A stretch of 61,466 bases of DNA from Opitutaceae bacterium. Its GTDB lineage: Bacteria; Verrucomicrobiota; Verrucomicrobiia; Opitutales; Coraliomargaritaceae. Position numbers and translations under genes: made by a program. The stretch spans positions 1-61,466 of the forward strand of contig JBPOFY010000014.1 of NCBI GenBank assembly GCA_051252375.1, given 5' to 3'. The notes below the pieces were generated by a model that was given only the letters and a program-made list of their open reading frames with translations, had not been told where the DNA came from and did not search any database. This document shows positions 1 to 10,745 of the stretch, piece after piece; position 1 is the first letter of the stretch, and each line of letters starts with the position of its first letter.

Positions 1-158
1 CCTCCCAACCTCTGAACCTCCCAACCTCTGAACCTCCCAACCTCTGAACCTCCCAACCTCTGAACCTCCCAACCTCTGAACCTCCCAACCTCTCAACCTC
101 CCAACCTCTCAACCTCTCAACCTCTCAACTGCTCAACTTCCCAACCTCTCAACCTCTC
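1..158. repeat. Tandem repeat of 8-bp units (CCTCCCAA/CCTCTGAA/CCTCTCAA), 16-bp higher-order period at the start
   Basis: Directly visible; runs to the window edge and ends just before ATG 162. Confidence 0.95.
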
Positions 159-161
159 AGC

Positions 162-716
162 ATGTCCAATCCAGTCAACCACCTCGGCCTACTCTTCATC
201 GACTTTCAAGATGTCTTTCTAAAGGCCATTCCAGACCGTGAACGCCTGCTCAAGCGCACCACCTTTGCGGCAGAAGCCGCCGAGTTACTCGGTTGCAGCA
301 TCGCAGTGACCGAGCAACTCCCTGAGAAAATCGGGGGCACCACCGAACAGCTCCGCAAAGCACTCTCCGAGGACACACCGGTTTTCAGCAAAGCTGCGTT
401 TTCCGCCTTTGAGGCAGACGGCATTGATCGCTGGATCGAAAGCAATCAAATCGATCACTTACTCATCGCCGGCATTGAGACATCGATCTGTGTCTATCAA
501 ACCGCCGTCCAAGGCTTGGGGCAGGATGTCGGCATCACACTCCTCTCCGATTGCATCAGCGAGCGCCGCGCCGAAGACCGCGAACCCATCCTTAAGCAGC
601 TCCTGTCGATGGACGCACACGTCCTCCCAGCCGAGACCATTTTCTACAGCCTACTCGGCAGCGCGGAACACCCCGACTTCAAAGCCTTCACTGAGCTCGT
701 CAAACGCTACGCATAA
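162..716 (+). CDS. Isochorismatase-family cysteine hydrolase
   Basis: IDFQ, TEQLP, K..FSAF, AGIETSICVYQT motifs. Confidence 0.9.
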   Translation: MSNPVNHLGLLFIDFQDVFLKAIPDRERLLKRTTFAAEAAELLGCSIAVTEQLPEKIGGTTEQLRKALSEDTPVFSKAAFSAFEADGIDRWIESNQIDHLLIAGIETSICVYQTAVQGLGQDVGITLLSDCISERRAEDREPILKQLLSMDAHVLPAETIFYSLLGSAEHPDFKAFTELVKRYA

Positions 717-733
717 GTGATACTGACATTTCT

Positions 734-1573
734 ATGGCGACCGTGAGCAACTACTGGGTCCATGACCTCAGCCCTTTCTTGATCGAATTCCCCGAGAATG
801 CGCTCGGGCTTCCGGGCATACGCTATTACGGATTGGCTTATTTGTTTGGATTTCTTGCGGCATGGTGGCTCCTCCGCGTTTATAATCAAAAAGGTAAATT
901 CGCCATCGATGCGGATGCGCGCGCCACACTCATGACCGCGGTCATTATCGGCGTGCTCGCCGGCGGCCGATTGGGCTACATGTTCCTCTACGATCTGGAC
1001 AACTTCCTCGCCAATCCCCTCCTCGTATTCCGAGTGGATCAAGGCGGGATGGCCAGCCACGGTGGTTTCGTGGGAGTGCTCCTCGCACTTGTTTGGTTTG
1101 CTCGTAAGCAAAAGTGCAACTTGCTCGCACTAGGAGACGTCATCGTCACCGTCGCCCCGCTCGGTCTATTCCTCGGGCGTATTGCCAACTTCATCAACGG
1201 TGAGCTCTGGGGCCGTGTGTCCACAGTCTCGTGGGCAGTCATCTTCCCCGACAGCCCCAAAAACTTTAATGCCACACTTGGCACCTACGGCCCCGAACCA
1301 CGCCACCCTTCACAACTCTACGAAGCCGCCCTCGAAGGTCTGATCCCCTTTCTCTATGTGCAATGGCGCTACTGGCGCACCCGCCCACCAATGGGACAAA
1401 TCAGCGGCGAGTTCCTCATCGGCTACGGCATCGTTCGCATCATCGGCGAATGCTTCCGCCAACCCGACGCCGACCTCATCCTCGGTCTCAGTCGCGGTCA
1501 GTTCTACTCCACCTTCATGATCCTTGCCGGCATCGCCATCATAGCAATCGCCCGCCACAAACGGTCCGTGTGA
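734..1573 (+). CDS. lgt: Prolipoprotein diacylglyceryl transferase
   Basis: GGMASHGG, LGRIANFINGELWGR, RHPSQLYE motifs. Confidence 0.97.
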   Translation: MATVSNYWVHDLSPFLIEFPENALGLPGIRYYGLAYLFGFLAAWWLLRVYNQKGKFAIDADARATLMTAVIIGVLAGGRLGYMFLYDLDNFLANPLLVFRVDQGGMASHGGFVGVLLALVWFARKQKCNLLALGDVIVTVAPLGLFLGRIANFINGELWGRVSTVSWAVIFPDSPKNFNATLGTYGPEPRHPSQLYEAALEGLIPFLYVQWRYWRTRPPMGQISGEFLIGYGIVRIIGECFRQPDADLILGLSRGQFYSTFMILAGIAIIAIARHKRSV

Positions 1574-1651
1574 CACAGGCATTCCTGCCTGTGATTTCAT
1601 TCTGATCGCAAAAAAACGTAATTGGTAGGGCGCGATCTCCGCATCGCGCCG
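1574..1651. repeat. Two REP-like palindromes after lgt
   Basis: CACAGGCA-ttcc-TGCCTGTG (1574-1593); GGTAG-GGCGCGAT-ctccgc-ATCGCGCC (1624-1651). Confidence 0.7.
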
Positions 1652-1700
1652 CCGTCTGTCAACAATCGGTTCGTCCCACTCGTCAGGCTCATAGCGAAAG

Positions 1701-1758
1701 CGCGAACGTTTAAATCAGCGGCGAGTCTTTTTGCGTCCGCTGGATTTTTTCGTTATGC
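1701..1758 (-). mobile_element. Integron attC recombination site (58 bp)
   Basis: Minus strand GCATAAC-GAAAA-AATCCAGC-GGACG-loop-CGCC-GCTGATT-TAAAC-GTTCGCG: R'', 5-nt spacer, L'' with one extra base, L', 5-nt spacer, R'; lies 16 nt after the stop of an AT-rich gene. Confidence 0.85.
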
Positions 1759-1774
1759 ATCTTTTTTCTTAAAT

Positions 1775-2197
1775 TCAATATTTGGCAATGGTTCTCAACC
1801 ATTCACGCGCCTCTTCTTCACTTCCCACATCATGTAAGACAACCTCGACCCCTTTGTTAAATTGTTTTTGCCATAATGCCGCCCCAATATTATTCATTAT
1901 ATCTTCTGATTTGATCGTGGCAACATATCGAAGTTTCGTATCCGCCATGAGCCGAGGAAACTGCACATCCCTAATGTATTTTTGGATGCTTGGAGAAAAT
2001 GCGCCCTTAGTCAGATCTGATTTTACAATTACTTTTTCAACAGGATAAGTTAATAAAATATCATATATTTTCTGCAAAATTATGAGGATAGTATCATCTT
2101 GATCCTCTGGGTTGTATTCTAACCATTCATGGACAATGAGTTCATTTTCCTTCTCATAAAATATTTTTATTATATTTGGGACTTCATATAACAACAT
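1775..2197 (-). CDS. AT-rich hypothetical protein, probable gene-cassette ORF (possibly STAS/SpoIIAA-like, C-terminal EEEAREWL)
   Basis: 140-aa ORF, visibly lower GC than neighbours, followed by attC. Confidence 0.75.
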   Translation of the reverse strand: MLLYEVPNIIKIFYEKENELIVHEWLEYNPEDQDDTILIILQKIYDILLTYPVEKVIVKSDLTKGAFSPSIQKYIRDVQFPRLMADTKLRYVATIKSEDIMNNIGAALWQKQFNKGVEVVLHDVGSEEEAREWLRTIAKY

Positions 2198-2424
2198 AAT
2201 AGTAACTCTTTCGATGTTTCAGTGTGAGCATTCTAACCATGCCTCAGTTATTCATTAATATGCGATTTAACCTTCTGCGAATAGTGTATTCATTATTATT
2301 CTAAACGGTTGAGTTAGTCAAACGTTTCTAAGGTAGCCAAAAGGGTTTCCCTAATTACATATCATTCCAAAGTCCCATCTAGAGACTATTAAGCACTACT
2401 AAGAGCGTTGTAGCCTCTAATTCA

Positions 2425-2504
2425 TTTAGTCACAGATCAGGACAAATGGATTCCCCTAACTACATATCCTGATCCGTGTAAATCCGTGTCCATCCGTGGC
2501 TAAA
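2425..2504. repeat. 10-bp-period repeat (ATCCGTGTNN x3) with a degenerate inverted arm
   Basis: atccgtgtaa-atccgtgtcc-atccgtggct at 2472-2501; decayed complement at 2425-2448. Confidence 0.55.
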
Positions 2505-2612
2505 AATCCATCCCCCTATATCATGCGTGATACCGACACCCCTACCCGCGCCCTACATTTCAGTTAAAAACCTCGCTTGCGCTTCGAATCTTAAGCCATT
2601 GGACTGAAGCGA

Positions 2613-4142
2613 ATGGAAACGGAATCACTCATCCGCGCACTCAAGCAGGAAATCCTCTTTGCGCGTCGTCGTATTTACGAGGTCGGACAAGAGACGCCGC
2701 TGGAGGCGATTCACCTAAGCGATCCGAAGCTCGATATCTTTGTAAAGCGCGAGGACCTCTCCCCCATCCATGCCTACAAGTGGCGCGGCGCCTACAACCG
2801 TATGGCGCAGCTCACCGAGGATGAACTGAAGCGTGGCGTGGTCACTGCCTCAGCGGGCAATCATGCGCAAGGTGTAGCACTCGCAGCGCAAAAGCTCGGC
2901 ACACAAGCCACCATATTCATGCCACTTTCGACCCCGCGCATGAAGCAAGTCGCAGTCAAACAACACGGCGGCGATCTGGTAACGATCGAGCTTTGCGGTG
3001 ATTCCTACGATGCGGCTAGCGCAGCGGCTCATGCTTGCGCGAGCGAACAAAACAAAACTTACATTCATGCCTACGACGACCTCGCCGTGATGGCGGGGCA
3101 AGGCACGCTGGCCGACGAAATCGTGATGTCGGGCAAAGGTCCCTTTGACATCGCCTTCCTTCAAGTCGGCGGCGGCGGCATGGCAGCAGCCACCGCGACT
3201 TGGCTGAAGATGCAATTTCCCGAAATCCGCATCGTCGGCGTCGAAGGTGTCGAACAAGCATCCATGGCCGCCGCCGTGAAAGCTGGCGAGCCAGTCGCGC
3301 TTGATAAGATCGATGTCTTTTGCGATGGCACTGCCGTGCGCAAAGTCGGCACGCTCACCCATCAAGTCTGCGCCGAAATGGTCGACGAATGGATGACTGT
3401 GACGAACGACGAAGTCTCTGCCGCGATTCAATTTCTATGGGAAGAGTTGCGCTGCATCCCCGAACCGTCTGGCGCGATGGGAGTCGCTGCGATTTTAAAA
3501 CGCCGCGCCGAACTGGAAGGTAAACGTGTGCTCAGCATACTCTGCGGTGCCAACATGGACTTTGAGCAACTCGCGATGATCGCCCGCCGCGCGGCAGTCG
3601 GCGCCGCACGTCGCCGCTTTCTCAAGATCGACATCAAAGAACAATCGGGCGCGATGTTTGGACTGCTCAACGCACTGCCCGACACCGTCAACATCGTCGA
3701 ATTTCAATACGGTAAAACCGATGCTGCCGAAGCCAGCCCGGTCATCGGCTTCGACGTCGCCCCCATGCAGTTTGAGATCCTAGCCAAAGCACTCAGCGAT
3801 GGCGGCTTTGATTTCACCGAAGTGACGTCCGAAACCGACGTCGCCTTCCGCTTGATCCACTACGAAGCGAAACTGCTCAGCCACCCGTTCTTCATCACGC
3901 TTGAATTCCACGAGCGACCAGGCGCACTAGCAGAATTTCTGCGTGCCGTCAGCCCACATGCGAACCTCTGCTATTTCAACTACGTCTATTCAGGCGAACG
4001 CGTAGGTCGTGCACTGCTCGGCTTCGAGTTCGATAGCTTGGAGCAAAATCAAAATTTCGAAAACGTCCTCGCCGAAGCGCCCGATGTCTACCGCGCTTAC
4101 GAAAAAGTTTCCGACCAAGCAATGGAGCGTATCTTAAGCTAA
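2613..4142 (+). CDS. ilvA: Threonine ammonia-lyase, biosynthetic type
   Basis: KREDL..AYKWRGA (PLP Lys), [14 protein letters not shown], two C-terminal ACT-like repeats (ERPGAL). Confidence 0.92.
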   Translation: METESLIRALKQEILFARRRIYEVGQETPLEAIHLSDPKLDIFVKREDLSPIHAYKWRGAYNRMAQLTEDELKRGVVTASAGNHAQGVALAAQKLGTQATIFMPLSTPRMKQVAVKQHGGDLVTIELCGDSYDAASAAAHACASEQNKTYIHAYDDLAVMAGQGTLADEIVMSGKGPFDIAFLQVGGGGMAAATATWLKMQFPEIRIVGVEGVEQASMAAAVKAGEPVALDKIDVFCDGTAVRKVGTLTHQVCAEMVDEWMTVTNDEVSAAIQFLWEELRCIPEPSGAMGVAAILKRRAELEGKRVLSILCGANMDFEQLAMIARRAAVGAARRRFLKIDIKEQSGAMFGLLNALPDTVNIVEFQYGKTDAAEASPVIGFDVAPMQFEILAKALSDGGFDFTEVTSETDVAFRLIHYEAKLLSHPFFITLEFHERPGALAEFLRAVSPHANLCYFNYVYSGERVGRALLGFEFDSLEQNQNFENVLAEAPDVYRAYEKVSDQAMERILS

Positions 4143-4148
4143 ACCCCA

Positions 4149-5099
4149 ATGGACACCACTACCCTCATCTTCACGGCTGTTATGCCGATCTTCCTCGTCA
4201 TCGGCTCCGGCTTCTTTGCCAGACGAGTTGGCTGGTTGAATGAGGAGGCCGACCGCAGCATGATGTCGGTTGTAGTCAACTTGCTCTACCCCGCGTTTAT
4301 TTTTTCCTATATCTTGGGCAACGACGCGCTACGCACCCCATCTAATATCGTGCTGCCACCACTGATTGGCTTCACCTCTATCGTCGCCGGCTTTGGCGTC
4401 ACGATGCTGCTCGCACGCCGCCTAAAGATCGGCAACCAAAAGGAATGCCGCACCTTCGCCTTCACCACCGGACTCTACAACTACGGCTATTTTCCCGTTC
4501 CGATCATTGCGCTACTGTTCGACCGAGAAACCACCGGTGTGTTACTGGTGCATAATGTCGGCGTCGAAATCGCCATGTGGTCGCTCGGTGTCGGATTCAT
4601 TCTGTCTGCCAACGACCCAAAGTCCGCATGGCGACGCATCTTCAGCGCACCCGTGATTTCCATTTTGATCGCGGTGCCGCTCAACCTGCTACGCGGCGAT
4701 CAATACATCCCCAGTTTCTGCCTCGAGGCGATTAACTTACTCGGCAAATGCGCCATCCCGATTGGATTGATACTCATTGGCGCGACCTTTGCCGACCTCG
4801 CTAAGGGCGTGCGTATGCTCGACCGCATCCGCATCCCCGTCACTGCAAGCTTGCTCCGCATGGGGATCTTCCCTGTGGCCTTTATCTTTTTCGCCTTCCT
4901 CTTTCCGTTTTCACCGGAGCTCAAACAAGTCATCATCGTGCAAGCCGCGATGCCCTGCGCAGTCTTCCCCATCGTGCTGGCTCGGCACTTCGACGGCTCC
5001 CCTGAAGTCGCCCTCAAGGTCGTGCTCGGCACCACCATGGTCAGCCTCATCACCATCCCCATCTGGATCAGTGTCGGGCTGAAGGTTCTGGATTTGTAG
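4149..5099 (+). CDS. AEC (auxin efflux carrier) family transporter
   Basis: Multi-TM protein; NYGYFPVP and QAAMPCA motifs. Confidence 0.88.
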   Translation: MDTTTLIFTAVMPIFLVIGSGFFARRVGWLNEEADRSMMSVVVNLLYPAFIFSYILGNDALRTPSNIVLPPLIGFTSIVAGFGVTMLLARRLKIGNQKECRTFAFTTGLYNYGYFPVPIIALLFDRETTGVLLVHNVGVEIAMWSLGVGFILSANDPKSAWRRIFSAPVISILIAVPLNLLRGDQYIPSFCLEAINLLGKCAIPIGLILIGATFADLAKGVRMLDRIRIPVTASLLRMGIFPVAFIFFAFLFPFSPELKQVIIVQAAMPCAVFPIVLARHFDGSPEVALKVVLGTTMVSLITIPIWISVGLKVLDL

Positions 5100-5262
5100 C
5101 GAATCTTGAATGCGTTGAGGTAGTAGCGCTGGCGTGTCTCACGCCGCACGAACGTTCGAAATGCCTCGCCCACCCAACGTCGATGCGCACCCATACGACA
5201 AGCTCATGGCCGAGCAAGACGGTGCTACCTCAAGGAGAAATTGATGTAAATATGAGCGTAAT

Positions 5263-5338
5263 TGGTAGGGACGCCTGCCCCTAGGCGTCCGCGATACACC
5301 ATGTAGCCTCGGACGCCTGAGGGCAGGCGTCCCTACCA
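5263..5338. repeat. Inverted GTAG-REP doublet (REPIN-like)
   Basis: TGGTAGGGACGCCTGCCCCTAGGCGTCCG ... CGGACGCCTGAGGGCAGGCGTCCCTACCA. Confidence 0.85.
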
Positions 5339-5421
5339 TTGGCATCAGCAAATAAGCAGTCTCCAGCTATAGTGAAAAAACAGAGCACTGGTAATGCACG
5401 GCAACCTGTTCGCATTGAGAT

Positions 5422-8082
5422 TTGCGGATCTCAATTTATCCCAGCCTCCACGACATTTCGGTTGCACGCACTCAATGCCTAACCATCGTTCGAGAGGTGT
5501 CCCGACTATCCTTTCTCTTCGCTACCATAGCATTCGCCCTTTTTCCACTCACGAGTATCGCTCGTGAACTACCGGAGAAGATTTCCATCTCGCAAACGCT
5601 CCCCACTTGGGTGGAAGCGATTGAGCCGGACATTACAGCCGCAGATCCTGTTGGAGGCATCGCCGATGGTGTCTATTATCTACTCAGCGACCTACAGTCG
5701 AACCCCCAGCTTTTCAGCCGGTTCAGGCATTTCGCCGTCCGCCTCAGTTCCGCCGATGGCGTGGAAGACAACTCCAGCATTTCCGTTGATTTCGACCCGG
5801 ATTATCAAGAACTCATCTGGCACAAGATCGATATTATCCGCGATGGTGTGCGGATCGATCAGCTCACCACTCAAGACTTTCGCGTCGCCAGCAACGAGAG
5901 CCAAGATGATTTAATCTATGACAACAGTTTGAACTGCACCGCAATCATCGACGGCACGCAAAAAGGCGACGTCCTTGAATACGCTTACTCGATCATCGGC
6001 AAAAATCCCATCACCGGCGACCGTTTTTCAACCTGGTTTTCACTCAATTATTCCGTCCCAGTCGCTCGTATCGTCGGGCGCGTGATTCGTGCCCCCAACG
6101 ATCGCCCGCTACAATTCAAGCTCCACGACAACCACGACATTGAACTAAAACTGCCGAAGCCAGAGAAGAAAGGCGACACGATCGAATATCGCTTCGAGCG
6201 CAATGACGTCGCCGCCCTGCATATCGACGAAAATGTCCCCTACAACTACATGGCATATAGTTACCTACAGGTCAGCGACTGGACCTCGTGGGCAGAAATT
6301 AGCGATTGGGGGCGCGTGTTATACCATTACAAAGACACCGATATCACCCTGCCTGCGGACCTTGAAGCCGCATTAGCCGAATGGAAAGCACTCGGTCACC
6401 CGAAAGACCAAGCAATGGCCGCCCTCGACTGGGTGCAGGAAGAGATACGCTACGTCGGCATCATGATCGGGCCCCACAACTATCAGCCCTACAAAATCAG
6501 CCAGACTTTGCAGCGCCGTTTCGGTGACTGTAAGGACAAAACACAACTCCTTTGCTACCTGCTCACTCAACTAGGCATCGAAGCCAACCCTACTCTAGTC
6601 AACACAGACGAAGAAGGCCTCATCGGCGTCCATCTCCCTTCGCCTGGCAGCTTTGATCATGTCATCACTAAAGTCACGATCGACGGGCAAAGCTACTGGT
6701 TCGATCCCACTAACAGCAGCCAAGGCGGCCCCATCGAAACCATCTGGCACAATAACTACGAACTCGGTCTAGAACTCAAACCAGACGTTAGCGAACTATC
6801 GGCCGTGCTCGGGCAAGGCGCAGAAGAAAGCAAAACCTTCATCCACGAAAAATTCAGCATGGCCGAATACAACACCGAGATGCAGCTCGAGGTTTATTCA
6901 CGCTACACCGGCGCCCAAGCCGACTCGATGCGACGCTATGTCGAAAGCGCCATCACCGCTGAAATCGAGAAAGAGTATATTAATTACTACGCCCAAAACT
7001 ACCCCGAGATCACGAGCGCAGCACCCATTGAGTTTAAAGACAATCCAGAGCGAAACATCTTCGAAATCAACGAATACTACACCATTCAAAATGGCTGGAT
7101 CGAGGATCCCAACAACGCCGCTAAAACTGACTTTGATGTCGACCCCGACCTGCTACGCTCAGCCATGTTCTTGTCCGACACGCGGATACGCACCATGCCC
7201 GCCGCGCAAAGCTTCCCGAATGACTACACCGAAGTCATCGAAATCGTGCTCCCCGCCGAAGGTAGTTTCGAAAACGAATCGACCCAGACGAGCACCCCAT
7301 GGTTCGAATTCAGCAACATCGTCGAAGTCAATAAAGAGACTCTTACCCTTCGTTATAGCTACAAGAACCTCACCCCAACCATCCCTGCTGCCGACTACCC
7401 CGAGTATGCCAAAAAGATCGAAGCCGCCAACGACACCTTAGGCTATTCCATCACCTTTACTGACGGCGAAAAAAGGCAAGCCCTCGCGGACGCCAACCCA
7501 ACGCCCAGCAGCCCTTACATGGCCACTTATTTGAGTGCCATATTAGCCGCAATCCTTGGCTTGCTCACAGCCGCTTGGCTCGTCACCCGGAAATGCATGC
7601 CACCATTGCCTCCGACCAATCGAGATCTGGACGGTCTCTCTGGCTGGCTCGTGCTGCCTGCACTAGGCATCATCGTCACACCTTTTATCTACATTGCGGG
7701 TCTATTCGAACAAGCCGACGCCTTCGATAGCGCTTGGATCACATCATTCACTTCCCAGGCAAGTGACTCCTACATCCCCGGCTTTGAACCGTTGATACTT
7801 GCTGAAGTCGCAGTCAACGTCTTCTGCCTCATCATCTCAGTGGCAATGATCTTCCTCTTTTTCAAAAAGCGCGCGATCATGAAACCAACCTATATCGTCT
7901 TCGCGATCGTCTCGGTTCTCATCATAATTGTCGATGCTAGCATAACTGATCATCTCCTAGTCAAAGCCGGCTACGATGCTGTTGGCGAATACGGAGACGT
8001 CATGCCCGGCGTAGTCAAAGTCGTCATCTGGGGTCTCTACTTCGCCGTCTCCGAGCGAGTCCGAGCCACATTTAGAAATTAG
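5422..8082 (+). CDS. DUF3857/transglutaminase-like protein with C-terminal DUF2569-like membrane domain (start uncertain)
   Basis: GDVLEYAYS, GDCKDK, FDHVI, WFDPT; C-terminal GLSGWLVL...SERVRATF. Confidence 0.85.
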   Translation: MRISIYPSLHDISVARTQCLTIVREVSRLSFLFATIAFALFPLTSIARELPEKISISQTLPTWVEAIEPDITAADPVGGIADGVYYLLSDLQSNPQLFSRFRHFAVRLSSADGVEDNSSISVDFDPDYQELIWHKIDIIRDGVRIDQLTTQDFRVASNESQDDLIYDNSLNCTAIIDGTQKGDVLEYAYSIIGKNPITGDRFSTWFSLNYSVPVARIVGRVIRAPNDRPLQFKLHDNHDIELKLPKPEKKGDTIEYRFERNDVAALHIDENVPYNYMAYSYLQVSDWTSWAEISDWGRVLYHYKDTDITLPADLEAALAEWKALGHPKDQAMAALDWVQEEIRYVGIMIGPHNYQPYKISQTLQRRFGDCKDKTQLLCYLLTQLGIEANPTLVNTDEEGLIGVHLPSPGSFDHVITKVTIDGQSYWFDPTNSSQGGPIETIWHNNYELGLELKPDVSELSAVLGQGAEESKTFIHEKFSMAEYNTEMQLEVYSRYTGAQADSMRRYVESAITAEIEKEYINYYAQNYPEITSAAPIEFKDNPERNIFEINEYYTIQNGWIEDPNNAAKTDFDVDPDLLRSAMFLSDTRIRTMPAAQSFPNDYTEVIEIVLPAEGSFENESTQTSTPWFEFSNIVEVNKETLTLRYSYKNLTPTIPAADYPEYAKKIEAANDTLGYSITFTDGEKRQALADANPTPSSPYMATYLSAILAAILGLLTAAWLVTRKCMPPLPPTNRDLDGLSGWLVLPALGIIVTPFIYIAGLFEQADAFDSAWITSFTSQASDSYIPGFEPLILAEVAVNVFCLIISVAMIFLFFKKRAIMKPTYIVFAIVSVLIIIVDASITDHLLVKAGYDAVGEYGDVMPGVVKVVIWGLYFAVSERVRATFRN

Positions 8083-8156
8083 GAATTGCCATTAGAAGGC
8101 AAGGTGTAGCAGGTCCTGATCCACTACCTAATTCTTCATCATGGCTCATTTCCTTA

Positions 8157-8309
8157 AACCGTTAATGGACGTTAATAAACGTGAATCCTGCCTACTGCCA
8201 AAATGGCGAATGCGTTAAAGCAAGTTACCTCGCGGAGTAAGCTGCTCCAAGAATAAACAACTTGTGATTATGAAAACCCATTAACGTGCATTACCGTTCA
8301 TTAACGGTT
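8157..8309. repeat. Imperfect 30-bp inverted repeats with 10-bp internal period (MITE-like)
   Basis: aaccgttaatggacgttaataaacgtgaat (8157-8186) vs attaacgtgcattaccgttcattaacggtt (8280-8309). Confidence 0.65.
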
Positions 8310-8383
8310 CAACTCACCTTTTTAAGATGATCAGTTACGGTCACAATTGCTGTTCTGACTTCTCGCGGGCAACAAGCACCCTC

Positions 8384-8418
8384 TCCATAGCGGACGTGTG
8401 AAACACGTCCGCTATGGA
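8384..8418. terminator. Perfect hairpin between convergent genes (terminator or REP)
   Basis: TCCATAGCGGACGTGT-gaa-ACACGTCCGCTATGGA. Confidence 0.65.
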
Positions 8419-8452
8419 AAATTATTTTGCCTAAAGACCGAGCCCCCAGCCC

Positions 8453-9874
8453 TTAAGCTGAAACCGTCACCTCGCTGCGCAAATAATTGATCAGACGTTC
8501 GACTGAGTAGCTGCTGTCTTCCGGCTCTAGGATCGCTTCGAGGAAAGACATATCTTCACCCCAAGTCACTAGCGGTGGGATCGGCTGCCCGTCGCGGATT
8601 TGCCCAAGACCAACCGTGGCGAGCAATCCATTGCATAAACAATGCTTTCCTTTGGCTTCTTCTTCGGTGCCACCACTAGCCATGTAGCGAGCGGTTGGTC
8701 CAGCTGGACAACGATAGGCAATACTACCGTCTTCCTTTTCAAAGACATGTCGCAAATAGCCCAGATCACAAACACGGCAAGGCTCGGTTGTGGTCTGCTC
8801 TTTTAGCTCAACACGCTTGAAGGGATAGCCTGTAGGTGAGGCTTGAAAATCAGTGATCACTTCGAGGTCGTTCTGACGATAACGCTGAATGATCTCAGCT
8901 TTGATCGCTGGCAAGATGCCCGACTCTTCCGTGCAGGCGAAGGCCGTGCCGACTTGTATGCCGCGCGCTCCCGATGCTTTAGCTGCTTGAAAACGCTCCG
9001 GCGAGGAGCATCCGCCCGCTAACCAGAAAGGCTTACCCAGTGCTGGCAGCTTTTCGATATTACAAACATCGCGCTCGGTATAAGCACCTTCACGACGTGG
9101 CGGTGCGTTGTGCCCACCTGCTGTGTAATGCTCGACCACAAAGCCATCAACCGAACCACTCGCTTTACGCACTAAAGTTTTTGCCAAAATATCGGACGAA
9201 ATCACCGCAAGAAATTGTGGGCGCTTTAAAGGCTGTATCGCCGCCGACGTAAACTGCGTGGGATCAAAATGTAAGGCGTGTGCTTGCTCTGTTGCCGCGC
9301 TAACAAGATGCAACTTCAACTCAACAGGCTCCATTCGCGCCAAGGCATCAAGCACACCAGGAATCGCGAGAGGAATGCCCCCGCCCATCAACACCGCATC
9401 CACACCCGCAAGCATCGCACCAAAAAGGGATGGCAAGGTCGGCAGTTGAATCTTCTCCAGAAGGTTGATGCCAACGTAGCCGTCATGCCCTTCCTTCGCT
9501 AAATATACTTCAACGAAATTCGCCACGATTAGAAGCGCTTCGTCTTCAGTGCTCATTTCAACCGTTGGCAACGACTTCAAACGATACGGTTTATCTTCCA
9601 CCCGTCCTCCGGGGATAAACCACTTGCCCAGAATCGGCGCAACCATGCGCTGATCGGGGAACGCGGCCAAAGCACGACGCATATGCCCATCAGGGTCACC
9701 GTCCTGTAAACGACGCACCAAAACAGTGTCCATAGCGGTCCCTGAGATGACCCCAAGCTCACCGCATTGCGCGACTGCCCGAGCTAGACACCAATTCGAA
9801 ACGGCAATTCCCATTCCTCCTTGGATGATTTCAGGCAAACAAACTTCTTCCGTATTTTCTCTTGGATCTGACAT
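8453..9874 (-). CDS. Nitronate monooxygenase-family flavoprotein
   Basis: [29 protein letters not shown]; Cys-rich C-terminus; ATG start at 9874 chosen. Confidence 0.85.
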   Translation of the reverse strand: MSDPRENTEEVCLPEIIQGGMGIAVSNWCLARAVAQCGELGVISGTAMDTVLVRRLQDGDPDGHMRRALAAFPDQRMVAPILGKWFIPGGRVEDKPYRLKSLPTVEMSTEDEALLIVANFVEVYLAKEGHDGYVGINLLEKIQLPTLPSLFGAMLAGVDAVLMGGGIPLAIPGVLDALARMEPVELKLHLVSAATEQAHALHFDPTQFTSAAIQPLKRPQFLAVISSDILAKTLVRKASGSVDGFVVEHYTAGGHNAPPRREGAYTERDVCNIEKLPALGKPFWLAGGCSSPERFQAAKASGARGIQVGTAFACTEESGILPAIKAEIIQRYRQNDLEVITDFQASPTGYPFKRVELKEQTTTEPCRVCDLGYLRHVFEKEDGSIAYRCPAGPTARYMASGGTEEEAKGKHCLCNGLLATVGLGQIRDGQPIPPLVTWGEDMSFLEAILEPEDSSYSVERLINYLRSEVTVSA

Positions 9875-10009
9875 AGCAAGGGGCAAACATCAGCTAAACT
9901 TATCCATTTCAACGACCCTAAAAGCAACGAAGCTAGTTTATATAAGTTCCTCTGCTAGGGCCCCCAAGGAAACTTGCTCAATTCAAAAAGACCTTACAGC
10001 ATAGCTCAC

Positions 10010-10735
10010 ATGTCACTCGCACAGAATTTTTTCGATTGTTCCAACGAACTACAACGCACCGCCTACGCCGCCAATGCCGAGACGCTTCGCGCCGCCGGTA
10101 AACGGATCGCCGACTCCATCGCCGCAGGCGGTGTGCTCCACACATTCGGCAGCGGTCACTCGCAAATCCTTGCCTGCGAAATCGAACGTCGCGCGGGTGG
10201 CCTCGTCCCAGTCAGCAGCATCAACGACCCAGCCGATGGTTGGCCCGAACAAATCCCAGGCTATGGCGCACGACTCTTCCAGCGCTACGCCTATCAATAT
10301 GCAGTCGAGCCCGGCGATGTCGTGCTCGTCATCTCTAATTCCGGTCGTAACGCCAGCCCGATCGAAGTCGCGATGGAAGCCAAAGCCGCCGGTCTAGATG
10401 TCATCGTATTGACCTCGCTCGACATGTCGAAAGCCACCACCTCGCGCCACCCATCCGGTAAAAAACTCTACGAGCTCGGTGACTTCGTGCTCGATAACGG
10501 CGGCGTCCCCGGCGATGCCGCACTCGACGCTCCTGGCTTTGCCTACAAAGTCGGCCCCACATCAACCATGAGCGGCGCCCTCCTCCTTAACCTGCTCTCG
10601 ATGGAAATTATCGAGCAACTCATCGCCCAAGGCGCAACGCCCCCGACCTACGTCAGCCAAAATGCCGACGGTGGTGCCGAGCACAACGAAGCCTTGGCTA
10701 AGAAATACCGTCACCGTATCCGTCGCCCCATTTAG
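10010..10735 (+). CDS. SIS-domain (sugar isomerase) protein
   Basis: FGSGHS, RAGGL, ISNSGRN, GPTST motifs. Confidence 0.88.
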   Translation: MSLAQNFFDCSNELQRTAYAANAETLRAAGKRIADSIAAGGVLHTFGSGHSQILACEIERRAGGLVPVSSINDPADGWPEQIPGYGARLFQRYAYQYAVEPGDVVLVISNSGRNASPIEVAMEAKAAGLDVIVLTSLDMSKATTSRHPSGKKLYELGDFVLDNGGVPGDAALDAPGFAYKVGPTSTMSGALLLNLLSMEIIEQLIAQGATPPTYVSQNADGGAEHNEALAKKYRHRIRRPI

Positions 10736-10745
10736 TATCAGAATA

